IMG/VR virus record: IMGVR_UViG_3300033802_000463 | Span: 1 to 64,000 of that record | Source: a virus | Length of the DNA: 64,000 nt | Direction: 5' to 3' (one strand) | In this document: in pieces, positions 29,270 through 40,115 of the stretch | How positions within the stretch are numbered: position 1 is the first letter of the stretch | Layout: each line of letters opens with the position of its first letter | Program-made: the position numbers and the translations under genes | Notes under the pieces: model-generated | The model's input: the letters and a program-made list of their open reading frames with translations, nothing else | Database searches by the model: none | What the model was told of the DNA's origin: nothing

Positions 29270-32200
29270 TTAAGCCCCTATCACTTTCAAAAAGATGAAG
29301 TTGCTGATGGTCTCTGCACCGATCGTGCAAGTTGCCGTAATGGCCATGACACCTTGCTCCTGTTCGATTCCCGAAACCATAATGGAAGCTTGACCGAAAT
29401 CATTGGTCGTCAAGTTTGAAGACCTTGTAATGCCTTTCGTGTCTTTGTAAGCAACTCGAATTTGCTTGCCACGAATGACTGACCAATTCTCATCCCGAAG
29501 GGTAATAGTGATCGTGGCCTCATCATTTTGGCCGGCCAACAACGTTGCCTTAGTGGTTTTCATCTCGATAAACGCACGAGTGGCGATGTTCGGCGCATAG
29601 AAATGAAGCTGCTCCATATTGCTTAAATCATCGCAGACAATCTGATAGTTCGAGATGTTGCTTGATCCCATCACTGGCTGATCATACAAATATACTTCTC
29701 CGGCACGGTTTGTTTTGCCGATATACAGAAGCTCGCCGTCGCGATAAATGGAAACCTCTTTATTCTGAATGGGGTTGTTGTACTTATCCAAAAGCGTCCC
29801 AGTGACCAACACTTTGCCCGCTCCGCCGACAGGCAACGCCTTTGGCGAAACATCGATCTTCAGAATCTTGGGATCTTGATCGATTTTGTTGGTCAGGTAC
29901 AAAAACCCTCGATGATTATGATTCAGAATCGGATTGAAGGACACTTCATTTGCCCGATAGAACGGCGTATCTTTGGCGCCTTCATAAATGATTTCCATAT
30001 CTCGCATTTTGGCCGGATCATAATTACTATGCAGGACGATCTTGGCGACATCGCCTTCTATGTCATGGTTATAGTCCACATAGTAGCTGTACATCAGCTT
30101 GTATCTGATCTCCATTATATCATCAAATCCCAAATTATTCATAAACTCGATGGAAGAATTTTTGGGATCGAAGATATATTGAGACGGATGTAATGTCGTG
30201 CCATTCACTTTGACCACAAGGGTATCCGGATCAATCGCGCGATACATCAAATAATATTTTGCGTATCCATTGCCGGCCATCTCTTCGACATTTTCCAGTG
30301 TCTGCTCGACTCCAATGAGATCTCCCGCTTCATTTTTCACTTCTCTAAAGAAGGACACTTTCCGAAGGATATTGCCTTCGTTGTCGCGAACAAGGATTGG
30401 AGCGCCTTGCTGCGGCCGCGGACTAATCAGAATTTGATGATCGACCGGCGTTTTTACATGACGAACTTTCTCGGCAAACAACACATGCTCTTTATCCTGG
30501 AAGTAATAGTACCCATTGTGAACCATCGGGCTCCATGGCATCGGAGTTGCGCTTTTAACTTGCGCATTCACCTTGTAACCCAGGAATGGAGCTAAGCGAC
30601 TGGATGGAACAACCTGTCGGCTGCCTCCAGGCGGCGTCCACTCCAACTTCACCATCGCGCTTCCTTTGTTCTCATAATACGTTGCACTCAGCTCGTACCA
30701 TTTTCCCCCGGTCAAATGAATCGTTCCTGTATACGTATTTCCGGAATTGTCATGCCATTCGTCGATCACCAGCTGATTGTTGATCCACAACCGAAAACCA
30801 TCATCAGATGTAGCATGGAATTGATACAGTCCCGTTTCCGGAGCAAAGATGTTTCCTCTCCAGCTAATGGCAAACCCGTCGTTCGGCGATCCGACGGTCG
30901 GCACTTCGATCGGAGTCACATAAGGCTCCGGCAAGTCCGGTGTATACACATCAAGCGGCTCATTCGGATCCAAGTATTGTCGAGTCAAATGACGGTAGTC
31001 GCTCAACTCCGGTTCATCTGGAGCGCTGGCCGGCTTCGTCGTCACTTCAGCTACGATTTTGCTTAGTCCGTCTGTTGTCACCGTACCATATGCCAATGCC
31101 CGATCAAAATGCGTCTGAGTGTAGCTGACATCATTCATAATGCGGAACATGAACGACAAATCCGTATCGGTTAACTCCGGATGAAGATCCAAAAAGTCGC
31201 TGATTTCATTACTGAACTCATCATACATGGTAATATCCTTTACTGTGATCACCTGTTTCTTTGGTGTATCAGTAATCGGACGGTTTACTTCTACGGAAAT
31301 GGTATGACGCTGGTTCGGGTTTTGAGCAAAGGTATATACCTGCATCCGTGATACATGAAAGTCCCAGAAGTAGGTTTTTGGTTGCGAAGCTGTAAGCGGC
31401 CCCCAAGCACCTTTTAGAATTGCATCCGGAGATGTATCCGTGATATTGAATTTTTCAATGCCATTCAACCATACGGTGATTGTTCGATCAACCACTTTGA
31501 CTTTTATCTCGTTGATCTCATTTGCACCATAGGTCCATCCTTCATCCAGATGCCCCAGCTCAACTTTTTGATATTGCAATCGGGTTAAGCCATACTGCGA
31601 TGGATTCAAACAAATGTTTCGATATACACTCATGCCTTTTACGCCTGTGCCACCGCTGCCGCGCGACCAATACGCATCCATTTCAAACGAATAAAAGTTC
31701 AGCGTATTTGGATCGAATCGGATAATCGCGCCGTACATATCGTCGTCTCCAGAGTCCACTTCCTGAACCTTAAAACTGAAGGTGTAATCGGTGAAATCTT
31801 TATGGTCAGGATTAAAGAATCCGGATCGATAATTTTGATTGGCCAGGTTTGTAACTTTTGTGTACCCCGGTTCCGGCGGGCCGTGCCAATCCCCTACATC
31901 GCTTCCTACGTTTTCTTCGAACCTGATCCATGTGTCCGTGAAATTCGATACATCGATCACTTCATCTGACGGATAAATGATGTCCATATCCACATTCAGA
32001 TTGAAAGGAATCTTGTCCGGAATGACGGCTTGCGCTGTGAAAAGGGCTGCTGTTGCGCCAACCGGTTCTGTGTCAACAAATGGAGACTGGCTTCCCCAGT
32101 TAAAATCGATTTTGGGATCAATCCGGGAGAACTGAACTTCTCCAAGATAATTGACTTTTGTCGGATCAAAGGTTCCCGTAACCACATACGATTGCACATG

Positions 32201-35200
32201 AATCCAGTCTTTCGGATTCAAGATGCTGCGATCGATCACAATCGTTTTTCCACTGACACTGTACTTGCTAGGCGCAAGCTTTACGCCATTCAAAAATACC
32301 GCTAAACCCTCTCCTGGATCTTGCTCCAGAACAAATACATTGTCAAGGCTGCCGGTTGCGTAACGAACCTTGATATCTCCCGGTGTGATATAGGTGCCAT
32401 GAAGCTCGAACTCTTGCCCTTCGATCGTATAACCATTGGTTGAGCTTTCTGGAATCGCAACGCCATTTCGCGTCACCGACAGTACCGTGAACGGCTGCGG
32501 ATCAGAGAACGGGAATTTGCTTTGCATCGGCAGCGCATCAATCTTGAAGCCGCCAGCCGTAAAAGTGATGTCTACCACATCCTCTTTATAGAGAGGAGTC
32601 CCTATCGTGATCCGTTTTCCATCAACACTGAAATTCGTCGTCGAGATTCCGTTGACTTTGATTTGAACATTCCATGGATCCGGCGCATATTTCAGCTCAA
32701 ATACCTGTTGGGCAGCATGACCGATGTTAGTTGTCACAGCATAATCGACTTCTTTGATGCCTTGATTGTATACCTCGATGATCCATGTTCCCTCGATCGG
32801 CCGGATGAACGTCATGAGCTCAAACGGAGATGCCCCGCCATTGTATTCATACTGGGCAGCTGATGTAATAAGATTCCCGTTTGCAAAGGTTGTCTTCGTG
32901 ATAGGCTCTTCTGACCAGGTTCCGTTATTCTCACTAATCCCGAATGATTCACCGTTTGGCGCTCGAACAATCATGTCCGGGAATGTATCGCCGGTGTTTT
33001 GCATAAAGGAAACCAGGACCTTGAAAGTTTCCTGCCCTGCGGGCACATAGACCGAATGCACAACGCCGCTTTCGGTTGTCGGCATTTTTCCGCGCACGGG
33101 CGCCTGGCCGGCCAGAAGCGTTTCCCGTCCCGGGTTGCCGTCTTGCCGGTATTCCGAAACTTCCTCCTGAACCGTAAAGACCTGCTCCTTCACATGATAA
33201 TCGCCGCCAACAACAAAGGCTTCTTTGATGATTTTCGTTTGCAGCGGGTAGCGGTAATAGGTTCCCAGCAGGCCATTTGTATCCCCCTCTTGTTTGTCAA
33301 CCCAGACAGATACAAAGGGGTTGGAGCTGATTACTTCAACCTTCTCAATAAACACGTTGTCATCATAATTCGGATCCATCATTGGATTGATGGATACTGT
33401 ATCGGTGATTGTACTGACCGACTCGTTATCCGCATAAAAGGTTCGCGGATCTTCCACCCAATCCGTATACCAATCCGTGTACCAGATGTACGCATCTTGA
33501 TAGTCTGACATGAAGCTTATGGTTTTCTTAATTGGATCGAGTTCGAATTTCACCCGCTCGTCATTGGTTTCTATAAACGGCCCCTCAATATTCGTCAGGT
33601 TCGGCGGCAAATAGACTGTATTAGTTGGCACGTTCACCATATTGGCTTTTCCCGCTCCTGGACTGAAGAACGGACGTTTGCCATTCACTTTCCCATACCC
33701 GATATATTTGCCGCTTATCCAAGGTTCATAGCGCGGATCCGGATCACACACGATAACCACGCGATCGTTTTGCTGATCCGTAAACAGAAGCGGTTCGTTT
33801 GTGATCTTGTTCATCGGCGCCGTCGTATTGCGCGTGGTCTGGCCAGGTTTCGACTCCCAATACATCCAGACAAAGCTGAGCTTTCCTATCGGATACTTGT
33901 GCAGTACATAATGCATGTTTGGGTAAATGGCCGGCATCGGTTCTTTCGTATAAGGATTGATGTAATGTTCATGATTTGGCGGAATCTCCACATACACTGG
34001 TCCTTCGCTGTTGACGACCCCTTCATTTTTGATGTCCGCCGGGAAGATGCCTTGATACCATTCCGTTGTTCGAAGCATCAGCACATCTGATGGATCCTGA
34101 TGCGTTTCAACATTTCCGGATTTTTGCCACTTCCAAGCATGATAAGTTGGATCAATGATGTATTCTCCGGTTTCGTTAAAGGTAATTGTATAAGTTGCCC
34201 AATTGCCGCCTGCGAACTCTCTCAGATCACGCGCTGCCACCCATCCATCATGGGCATAAGCTGTGTACTCATAGGTCTTTTCCGTGATCACATGTTCAGG
34301 TTCCGATTCCCAAATGATAAGCTTTTTGTTATTAACAAAGGCCCATTCAGTATCACCAGAAGCAGGTTTGACGATGGTATACGTCGGCGTCAGGCTGGAT
34401 GGATTCACTTCCGGATGCTGTATCAGAAAATCGGCTCGCTCAGCACGGAAAAAGTCGTCAATATCCTCAAATACCACCAAGCCTGTTGTATTGTCAATAT
34501 TGTCTGGCGTTACCAAGACAGTGCCCTTTTTCGTATAAGTATGCCTTTGGATGGTTCCGGCATTTGGACCATTGAACGTTCTTACGGTGACGGGTTGTCC
34601 GATTCCTGCTGTTGCAACGCCCGCTGTCGGATCTTTAACTTCCGCCATAATTTTGCCGATCGTATAAGGCTTTCCCGATATGCCGAGCTGACTCATGCGC
34701 GCCTGAAGGTTGTATTTGATATATTCCTCCGAGCTTGGGTTAATCACTTTTGGAGTCGGCGTTATTTCATCAAACACGGCCCACCCGTTTTGTGGCTCCC
34801 GGCCAGTAAATCGGATCCAACGTTTTACGCGAATTTGGTGAAATTCGACAGCCTGCGACCAGTTGATTGCTCCGAATGAACCTTTATCCCATTCGGTTTC
34901 GAACTCAAACACCTTGTAATAAGGAGAGGTTAAACTATGTCGAACGTAAAGTTCAGTGTGTTTACCTTTGCAGACGACTTTCATGGATTCCTTCGTCATA
35001 TAATCCCATCCGTTGCCGCCCTCAAGCTCATTGACCTGGACGCGATACATTTTGCCGTCCACGACTTTGTAAACGCGCCGGTGCTGTTTCTTCCACCCTG
35101 TTCCCTCTACGTATACTCTCCATAGCGATTCGGAACCCAAGTATGGGCGTGAATAAGACATATGGTTTCCATCGTCCCATACCGATTGATCTGCTGTAAA

Positions 35201-37807
35201 AATATCCGTGCCGTCCAAGTTATCTCCGATTCGATTGGAATATCGAACTCGCTCCTCGGCTTCCCAAAGCATCATATAGAAATTGCGCGGATCTTTTGCC
35301 TTAAAAATAATGCCGACAACATCATCATCCTGCCCGCCAAGGGTGGGCCAAGGATTCGCCTCTGGAATGGTGCGAAAATCAAATTCAACTTCGTAACTGT
35401 CCCAGGTAAAAAATTCATCGTCTTCTCCTCTGGCAATGATGCCGCTGAAACACATGCGATTGGAATCATCATAGATGAATGTTCCATCCGAACTTATCTT
35501 CCATGTATTCATTGGCGGAACGCCGACATAATAGCCATTGTTCGAGGTAAACAGATCTTTGATGTCGCCCTTATCCTCAACCTGGTAGTAAGCTTCGTAA
35601 TTCACTGCCCACTCCAGCGTTTTCTTGGGCACTGTTCCGGAGAGCTCCATATTTACTTCGTATTCTTTCGGAGTCGGAAGGATCCGATCTTCTTGAATTG
35701 TGAACGCAAACTTCTTTGGCGGATACGCATCAATGCCGATTTTGTATGGCGACTCATTGTACGTGATAAACAGATCACCTTTATACCAGATGCTGTACTG
35801 AAAGTTCAGTTCCGGATAAATGAGCACTTGATGCTTGCGCTTCCCGCGCAGCCGAGCGGCATATTGAAACGATTGAACAGATGTTTCATGCTGCGGTTTT
35901 TTAACCAGGAGATCATCATGGTCGCCGATGCCGGAATGTATCGCATGAGCCATATCAACGGATCCATGCGCCCGGCCGTAGAGGATCGTGCTGAAACCTT
36001 TCCCGTCAATATAGTTTTCCTCGAATTTCGGATCACCCCACTGCTCCTCACCGTCTTCAATCGGAAAGTACGTCTGTTCGGATGATCCGTCTATTGGAAG
36101 CGGGTCCGGCGCAGCCATCATCATAATCTGAGCTTCATTGACCTCTACAATGGCCTGCTGCGTCATCTGCCCGGCTGCAGCCGTTACACTGGCTTCCCCA
36201 TTCACAATCCCTTCAATCTTGATCCAGGTTTCGCTTTGATCTATGACACGGACAAGCCCATTGTCTTGCACGGTCCAGGTAACCGGTGCCGGATCTCCAT
36301 TTAAGATTTGCGCATAGATCGTCAGTTGCTCGCCCGGGGCTATCCGCGCGCGCTGCGGTTTGAGCGTAAGAATAGGTTGGCTTTGCCCTTGCGCCGAGAT
36401 GGTGGTAATGGATTCACTGCCATAGGCAGTTGCCCGCACTTTAATGACGCCAGGTGCATGGATCTTGACGGAAACCTCCCTGCCGTTCGTTCGACTGATG
36501 CTGGCCAGCTCCGCCCCTTCAACGATGTCCCAAGTGATGGATTCATCGTCATGCAGCATCTCTTCATACATGACTTCGTAATGTGCAGACAAGGTAATCT
36601 GATCGCCAGAAACCACTGTGATTTCTTCTGGCAAGGTATGGAATCGATACAACTTCTTTTCCCATACCGGCACTTTAACGGTTGCCGAAACTTCTTCCCG
36701 GCGACTGGATCGAACCAGCAAATCGAAAGAAAGGATCTCGTTGGCGTGCGGAGTAATCCGATAAGTCGTCTCGCTGACCTTTTCGATATCCGCCGACCCT
36801 TCTGTTAACGTAAGAGTTGTCATCTGAATCGGAAAACGTTCGCCGTTCTCATATTCAGCCGAAACATGAATTTCGGTCGGATCCCCGATAAAAGATCGCT
36901 CTTGAGACCGGGCGATGCGGATGCGGCCTTTTGGATCAACAACTTCAACTGCAATCACTTGCGAATAAGCCTCATCCACCATTATCGTCAAATTGGTTGC
37001 TCCAACTTGAACGCCCCGTAGCACTATGGAATGTTTGTCAAACGAAACAACTTCGGCAATCTTTAGCTTGTCGAATTTGTAATGCAGCGAATCCGGCCCG
37101 ATGCCGCCGGCGCCTTCGCTTTGAATGTCAATCTCAATTTTTTGCTCCATCCCGCGCACCAGCTGCAAGCGATTGGTGCTGGTAGTGATTCGAATGCTAT
37201 GGTGTTCTTCAATATCCGCGCCATAAGCATACAGTTTATCCGTGTAATTGAGCACAACACGAGGATTATTGCTGATGGCCTCAAGATGGACAATCACGTA
37301 TTCTGTCGGCAGTGGCGCCAATGCGTTGCGATCGATCAATGTTCGAATTTCGGTGTTGAACACCGGGATTTGTGTATCCTCCGAATAAACAAGATTTGTA
37401 TCAATCTGCGGCCCCATAATCCAGTCTGTTTCAACATTAATCTGATCTTGCGGCAGGTTGCTGCACCAAGCAAGTGGATTCTCCGTTCCATCCGGCAAGC
37501 AGACCACAGAAATGCGAGTATCCGGGCACCATATAAAATAAGACTCCACCGTAATATTCGGATCATCTGTTCTCAACCGGTCTAGCTCAGGCGCACACAG
37601 CAAGATGACACTTTGATCAGATAATGGCTTGGCGGAATAGATACTGTCGTTTGAGTTGTTGACGACATCGCTGGATTCATATAATTTGACATGCTGCCGC
37701 GTGCCGTCTCCGTAACGCAAATCACCATAAATTTCATAGTGGAACGATTGGGTGACAACCGGTTGAATCACCGCTTTTAGTTTATAATCGAAGTTTAAGA
37801 TTGCCAT
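29270..37807 (-). CDS. Giant putative virion protein (~2,845 aa) with Ig-like repeats, two TSP-C-like domains, a PA14 domain and C-terminal Big-1-like domains
   Basis: DDDVVGIIFK..D.RNFYMMLW; DDDMYGAIIRF; FAISWRG...SDDGFRLWINNQLVIDEW...YYENKGSAMVKLEW (PA14). Confidence 0.8.
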   Translation of the reverse strand: MAILNFDYKLKAVIQPVVTQSFHYEIYGDLRYGDGTRQHVKLYESSDVVNNSNDSIYSAKPLSDQSVILLCAPELDRLRTDDPNITVESYFIWCPDTRISVVCLPDGTENPLAWCSNLPQDQINVETDWIMGPQIDTNLVYSEDTQIPVFNTEIRTLIDRNALAPLPTEYVIVHLEAISNNPRVVLNYTDKLYAYGADIEEHHSIRITTSTNRLQLVRGMEQKIEIDIQSEGAGGIGPDSLHYKFDKLKIAEVVSFDKHSIVLRGVQVGATNLTIMVDEAYSQVIAVEVVDPKGRIRIARSQERSFIGDPTEIHVSAEYENGERFPIQMTTLTLTEGSADIEKVSETTYRITPHANEILSFDLLVRSSRREEVSATVKVPVWEKKLYRFHTLPEEITVVSGDQITLSAHYEVMYEEMLHDDESITWDIVEGAELASISRTNGREVSVKIHAPGVIKVRATAYGSESITTISAQGQSQPILTLKPQRARIAPGEQLTIYAQILNGDPAPVTWTVQDNGLVRVIDQSETWIKIEGIVNGEASVTAAAGQMTQQAIVEVNEAQIMMMAAPDPLPIDGSSEQTYFPIEDGEEQWGDPKFEENYIDGKGFSTILYGRAHGSVDMAHAIHSGIGDHDDLLVKKPQHETSVQSFQYAARLRGKRKHQVLIYPELNFQYSIWYKGDLFITYNESPYKIGIDAYPPKKFAFTIQEDRILPTPKEYEVNMELSGTVPKKTLEWAVNYEAYYQVEDKGDIKDLFTSNNGYYVGVPPMNTWKISSDGTFIYDDSNRMCFSGIIARGEDDEFFTWDSYEVEFDFRTIPEANPWPTLGGQDDDVVGIIFKAKDPRNFYMMLWEAEERVRYSNRIGDNLDGTDIFTADQSVWDDGNHMSYSRPYLGSESLWRVYVEGTGWKKQHRRVYKVVDGKMYRVQVNELEGGNGWDYMTKESMKVVCKGKHTELYVRHSLTSPYYKVFEFETEWDKGSFGAINWSQAVEFHQIRVKRWIRFTGREPQNGWAVFDEITPTPKVINPSSEEYIKYNLQARMSQLGISGKPYTIGKIMAEVKDPTAGVATAGIGQPVTVRTFNGPNAGTIQRHTYTKKGTVLVTPDNIDNTTGLVVFEDIDDFFRAERADFLIQHPEVNPSSLTPTYTIVKPASGDTEWAFVNNKKLIIWESEPEHVITEKTYEYTAYAHDGWVAARDLREFAGGNWATYTITFNETGEYIIDPTYHAWKWQKSGNVETHQDPSDVLMLRTTEWYQGIFPADIKNEGVVNSEGPVYVEIPPNHEHYINPYTKEPMPAIYPNMHYVLHKYPIGKLSFVWMYWESKPGQTTRNTTAPMNKITNEPLLFTDQQNDRVVIVCDPDPRYEPWISGKYIGYGKVNGKRPFFSPGAGKANMVNVPTNTVYLPPNLTNIEGPFIETNDERVKFELDPIKKTISFMSDYQDAYIWYTDWYTDWVEDPRTFYADNESVSTITDTVSINPMMDPNYDDNVFIEKVEVISSNPFVSVWVDKQEGDTNGLLGTYYRYPLQTKIIKEAFVVGGDYHVKEQVFTVQEEVSEYRQDGNPGRETLLAGQAPVRGKMPTTESGVVHSVYVPAGQETFKVLVSFMQNTGDTFPDMIVRAPNGESFGISENNGTWSEEPITKTTFANGNLITSAAQYEYNGGASPFELMTFIRPIEGTWIIEVYNQGIKEVDYAVTTNIGHAAQQVFELKYAPDPWNVQIKVNGISTTNFSVDGKRITIGTPLYKEDVVDITFTAGGFKIDALPMQSKFPFSDPQPFTVLSVTRNGVAIPESSTNGYTIEGQEFELHGTYITPGDIKVRYATGSLDNVFVLEQDPGEGLAVFLNGVKLAPSKYSVSGKTIVIDRSILNPKDWIHVQSYVVTGTFDPTKVNYLGEVQFSRIDPKIDFNWGSQSPFVDTEPVGATAALFTAQAVIPDKIPFNLNVDMDIIYPSDEVIDVSNFTDTWIRFEENVGSDVGDWHGPPEPGYTKVTNLANQNYRSGFFNPDHKDFTDYTFSFKVQEVDSGDDDMYGAIIRFDPNTLNFYSFEMDAYWSRGSGGTGVKGMSVYRNICLNPSQYGLTRLQYQKVELGHLDEGWTYGANEINEIKVKVVDRTITVWLNGIEKFNITDTSPDAILKGAWGPLTASQPKTYFWDFHVSRMQVYTFAQNPNQRHTISVEVNRPITDTPKKQVITVKDITMYDEFSNEISDFLDLHPELTDTDLSFMFRIMNDVSYTQTHFDRALAYGTVTTDGLSKIVAEVTTKPASAPDEPELSDYRHLTRQYLDPNEPLDVYTPDLPEPYVTPIEVPTVGSPNDGFAISWRGNIFAPETGLYQFHATSDDGFRLWINNQLVIDEWHDNSGNTYTGTIHLTGGKWYELSATYYENKGSAMVKLEWTPPGGSRQVVPSSRLAPFLGYKVNAQVKSATPMPWSPMVHNGYYYFQDKEHVLFAEKVRHVKTPVDHQILISPRPQQGAPILVRDNEGNILRKVSFFREVKNEAGDLIGVEQTLENVEEMAGNGYAKYYLMYRAIDPDTLVVKVNGTTLHPSQYIFDPKNSSIEFMNNLGFDDIMEIRYKLMYSYYVDYNHDIEGDVAKIVLHSNYDPAKMRDMEIIYEGAKDTPFYRANEVSFNPILNHNHRGFLYLTNKIDQDPKILKIDVSPKALPVGGAGKVLVTGTLLDKYNNPIQNKEVSIYRDGELLYIGKTNRAGEVYLYDQPVMGSSNISNYQIVCDDLSNMEQLHFYAPNIATRAFIEMKTTKATLLAGQNDEATITITLRDENWSVIRGKQIRVAYKDTKGITRSSNLTTNDFGQASIMVSGIEQEQGVMAITATCTIGAETISNFIFLKVIGA

Positions 37808-39234
37808 ACTTTCGAGCCCTCCCACCGCTTCGGATTAAAGGTGTAGTTCTTCCAAGGTTCAATACTGGAATCCCAAATGTTTGGCAAGTAACCAAGACCA
37901 GTCAAGTCTTTACTGATCGTATCCCAATAACCTTCGTCCCAATTGAAACGTCCCCACATGATTGGCGCAACCGTGTTAATGTAATTCACCCATCGTTTCA
38001 AGATGTCGGTGGCCTGGCCGTCCTCATGGAACATGATGCGATACAGCTCTTCGTCCGTTTTTTGATACAGCTCATATTTCTCCACGTCTTTGATAAACGA
38101 TACGGTTCGCGGCCGCCCCGAATATTGAGCTTGGATAATAACGTAACCGAACTCATCGACGGCGTAATCGGCCGGCTGCAGCGGGACACCATCCACGCGA
38201 ATGGTATGCGGATCAATGCCGCGGCCCTTCAGGTATAAATTCTTGCTGTCATCCTTCCAGGTGACACGGCGTATCAAATTCAACTCCCGGGCGATCCCGT
38301 AGGTGAGACCTTGTTCTCCGCTGTTGGCTGGATAGCGAAATACGTCTTTGATTCGCTCCCGGTAATCCGCATTTCGCTCTCGATGAAGTCTCGGCGTGTT
38401 TGTAAGGAGACCGAACTCATCAAAAGCATTCCAGATATGATGCGGCAAACCGGATGCCGTGAAGCTTTTTCTTCGGTCAATATTCTTGATTTCTCCGCGA
38501 AAGTTTGTATATTCTTTCCGCGCATACATGCGGTTTCTTTCGTAATCGATAATGCCACCGCCATCCAGCTTATTGAAGAAAAACTCCTTTAAGCTCTTGA
38601 TGATAGGAATAGGTTCATCTCCGTCATAGAAAACCACTTCATCTGAAGGTTGAATATCCGGAAGATCATAGACCCATATCCAATCGAGCATATGCGGATC
38701 TAACAGGTCAATAAATTTTTGCCGCTTGATTTCGTCAAATTCATCCGTAATGGTTTCAAGTTCCATAGCAAACCAGTTGAAAAATCGCTGGCCATTCGAT
38801 TCCCGAGAATTGCGTATCCAGGTCCATAATGGATACTCATCCGCGATGCGCTGCGTGATGCTGGAATACCAATAATCATTCAAAAAGACTCCGTAAATTC
38901 CGCCGCCCGTTGCCTTTGCCGCCAACGTCTTTTGCTCGGCATCCAGTTTGGTTTCAAGCACTCTCCACATGCTGATGTTGTCATAATGTGCAATGCGGCA
39001 GTGCTTGGCTTCCGTTTCTGTTAATCGGGTCGCATATGGGATGGTAATGGTCAATTCATCTGCGGGATCTTCTGTATTGATCTCAAACTGCATTGGCGTG
39101 GGAATGTATTTTTCATACATGTCATCCTCGACAAAAACCTTTTGACCTTGGATTTCGGGAATGACTTTTCGCGTACAGGTGACCGGTTTTTTACTCAGGA
39201 TCACGATATCTTCATGATCCCATATGTAATCCAT
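37795..39234 (-). CDS. Putative baseplate-associated protein
   Basis: WNAFDEFGLL...RLHRERNADYRERIKDVF resembles the wedge-protein R..GE.D..YR.RI motif; overlaps the next gene. Confidence 0.6.
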   Translation of the reverse strand: MDYIWDHEDIVILSKKPVTCTRKVIPEIQGQKVFVEDDMYEKYIPTPMQFEINTEDPADELTITIPYATRLTETEAKHCRIAHYDNISMWRVLETKLDAEQKTLAAKATGGGIYGVFLNDYWYSSITQRIADEYPLWTWIRNSRESNGQRFFNWFAMELETITDEFDEIKRQKFIDLLDPHMLDWIWVYDLPDIQPSDEVVFYDGDEPIPIIKSLKEFFFNKLDGGGIIDYERNRMYARKEYTNFRGEIKNIDRRKSFTASGLPHHIWNAFDEFGLLTNTPRLHRERNADYRERIKDVFRYPANSGEQGLTYGIARELNLIRRVTWKDDSKNLYLKGRGIDPHTIRVDGVPLQPADYAVDEFGYVIIQAQYSGRPRTVSFIKDVEKYELYQKTDEELYRIMFHEDGQATDILKRWVNYINTVAPIMWGRFNWDEGYWDTISKDLTGLGYLPNIWDSSIEPWKNYTFNPKRWEGSKVWQS

Positions 39235-39296
39235 GATCCCCGCCCCCTCATTGTAATGTATTACATTACTATATTATAACAGAACCCGTACATAAA

Positions 39297-39333
39297 GAAA
39301 GGACATTTCCGTATAAACAGAAATGTCCTTTCT
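39297..39333 (-). terminator. Terminator-like inverted repeat after the FN3 gene
   Basis: AGAAAGGACATTTC/GAAATGTCCTTTCT 14-bp stem. Confidence 0.7.
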
Positions 39334-39343
39334 GGTGGAGGGA

Positions 39344-39982
39344 TTACAGAGAATTGTCGATGGAGGAAACCGCATAGCTGTACTCGACGCCGTTTTCTGC
39401 CGTCAGGTCGTCGTACAGGGTCACATCTGCACCAACTTGAGCAAGGAAAACATGTTGGCCTTCGTCGTTTGCTTCTTTGCGGTAAATCCGATAGCCGGCC
39501 AAGTTTTCGTTCAGCTTTGGCGTTTCGGAATCTTGCACCGAATCCCATGTCAGGCGGATTACCGAGTCTCCAGAAGTTGCCGCCAGGTTTTGAGGAACTG
39601 AAGGAATTGTCTTGACGGCCAGCTCGTCAGATTGTTCGCCTTCGTTTGGCGTAGACTCATCATCAATTGCAGAAACTGCATAGATGTATGAGGCGCCATC
39701 GAACATCGAAGTGTCTTCGTAAGTCGTCACTTGAGCATCTACGCTGGCAGCCACGTTTGCCACCAGTGCAAACGTATCTTCAGCCGAGTCCTTACGATAT
39801 ACACGGTAGCCGGCGAGATCCGAAAGCGGAGATCCATCAGAGTTGGTCGTAACCGGATCCCAAGTAAGGGTCACTTTTCCCTGAGAAACGCTGTAAGCCA
39901 GGTTGAGAACTTTTGCAGGTGCAAGAGTATCTTCAGCCAATGCTATCACAGGGGTTGAAAGCTGCGACTCCAAAGCAGCCAT
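39344..39982 (-). CDS. Two-FN3-domain protein (candidate fibre/decoration subunit)
   Basis: P..L......V.LTWD....LAGYR.YRK...Y.D.....G..Y.YAVS.ID occurs twice. Confidence 0.88.
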   Translation of the reverse strand: MAALESQLSTPVIALAEDTLAPAKVLNLAYSVSQGKVTLTWDPVTTNSDGSPLSDLAGYRVYRKDSAEDTFALVANVAASVDAQVTTYEDTSMFDGASYIYAVSAIDDESTPNEGEQSDELAVKTIPSVPQNLAATSGDSVIRLTWDSVQDSETPKLNENLAGYRIYRKEANDEGQHVFLAQVGADVTLYDDLTAENGVEYSYAVSSIDNSL

Positions 39983-40115
39983 ACCACTCACTCCTTTTCT
40001 GATTTATTTATGTCAAGGCTTGACCTTAACACCAGCCCAGAATAGCAACTTTTTCCACATATAAACCATCATAATTCCAAACCATAATATATTCAATCTC
40101 GATTAATGTAGGGCA

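Noticed and set aside
40012-40024. Palindrome GTCAAG-G-CTTGAC upstream of the FN3 gene
   Set aside because: Single short occurrence; cannot be distinguished from chance.
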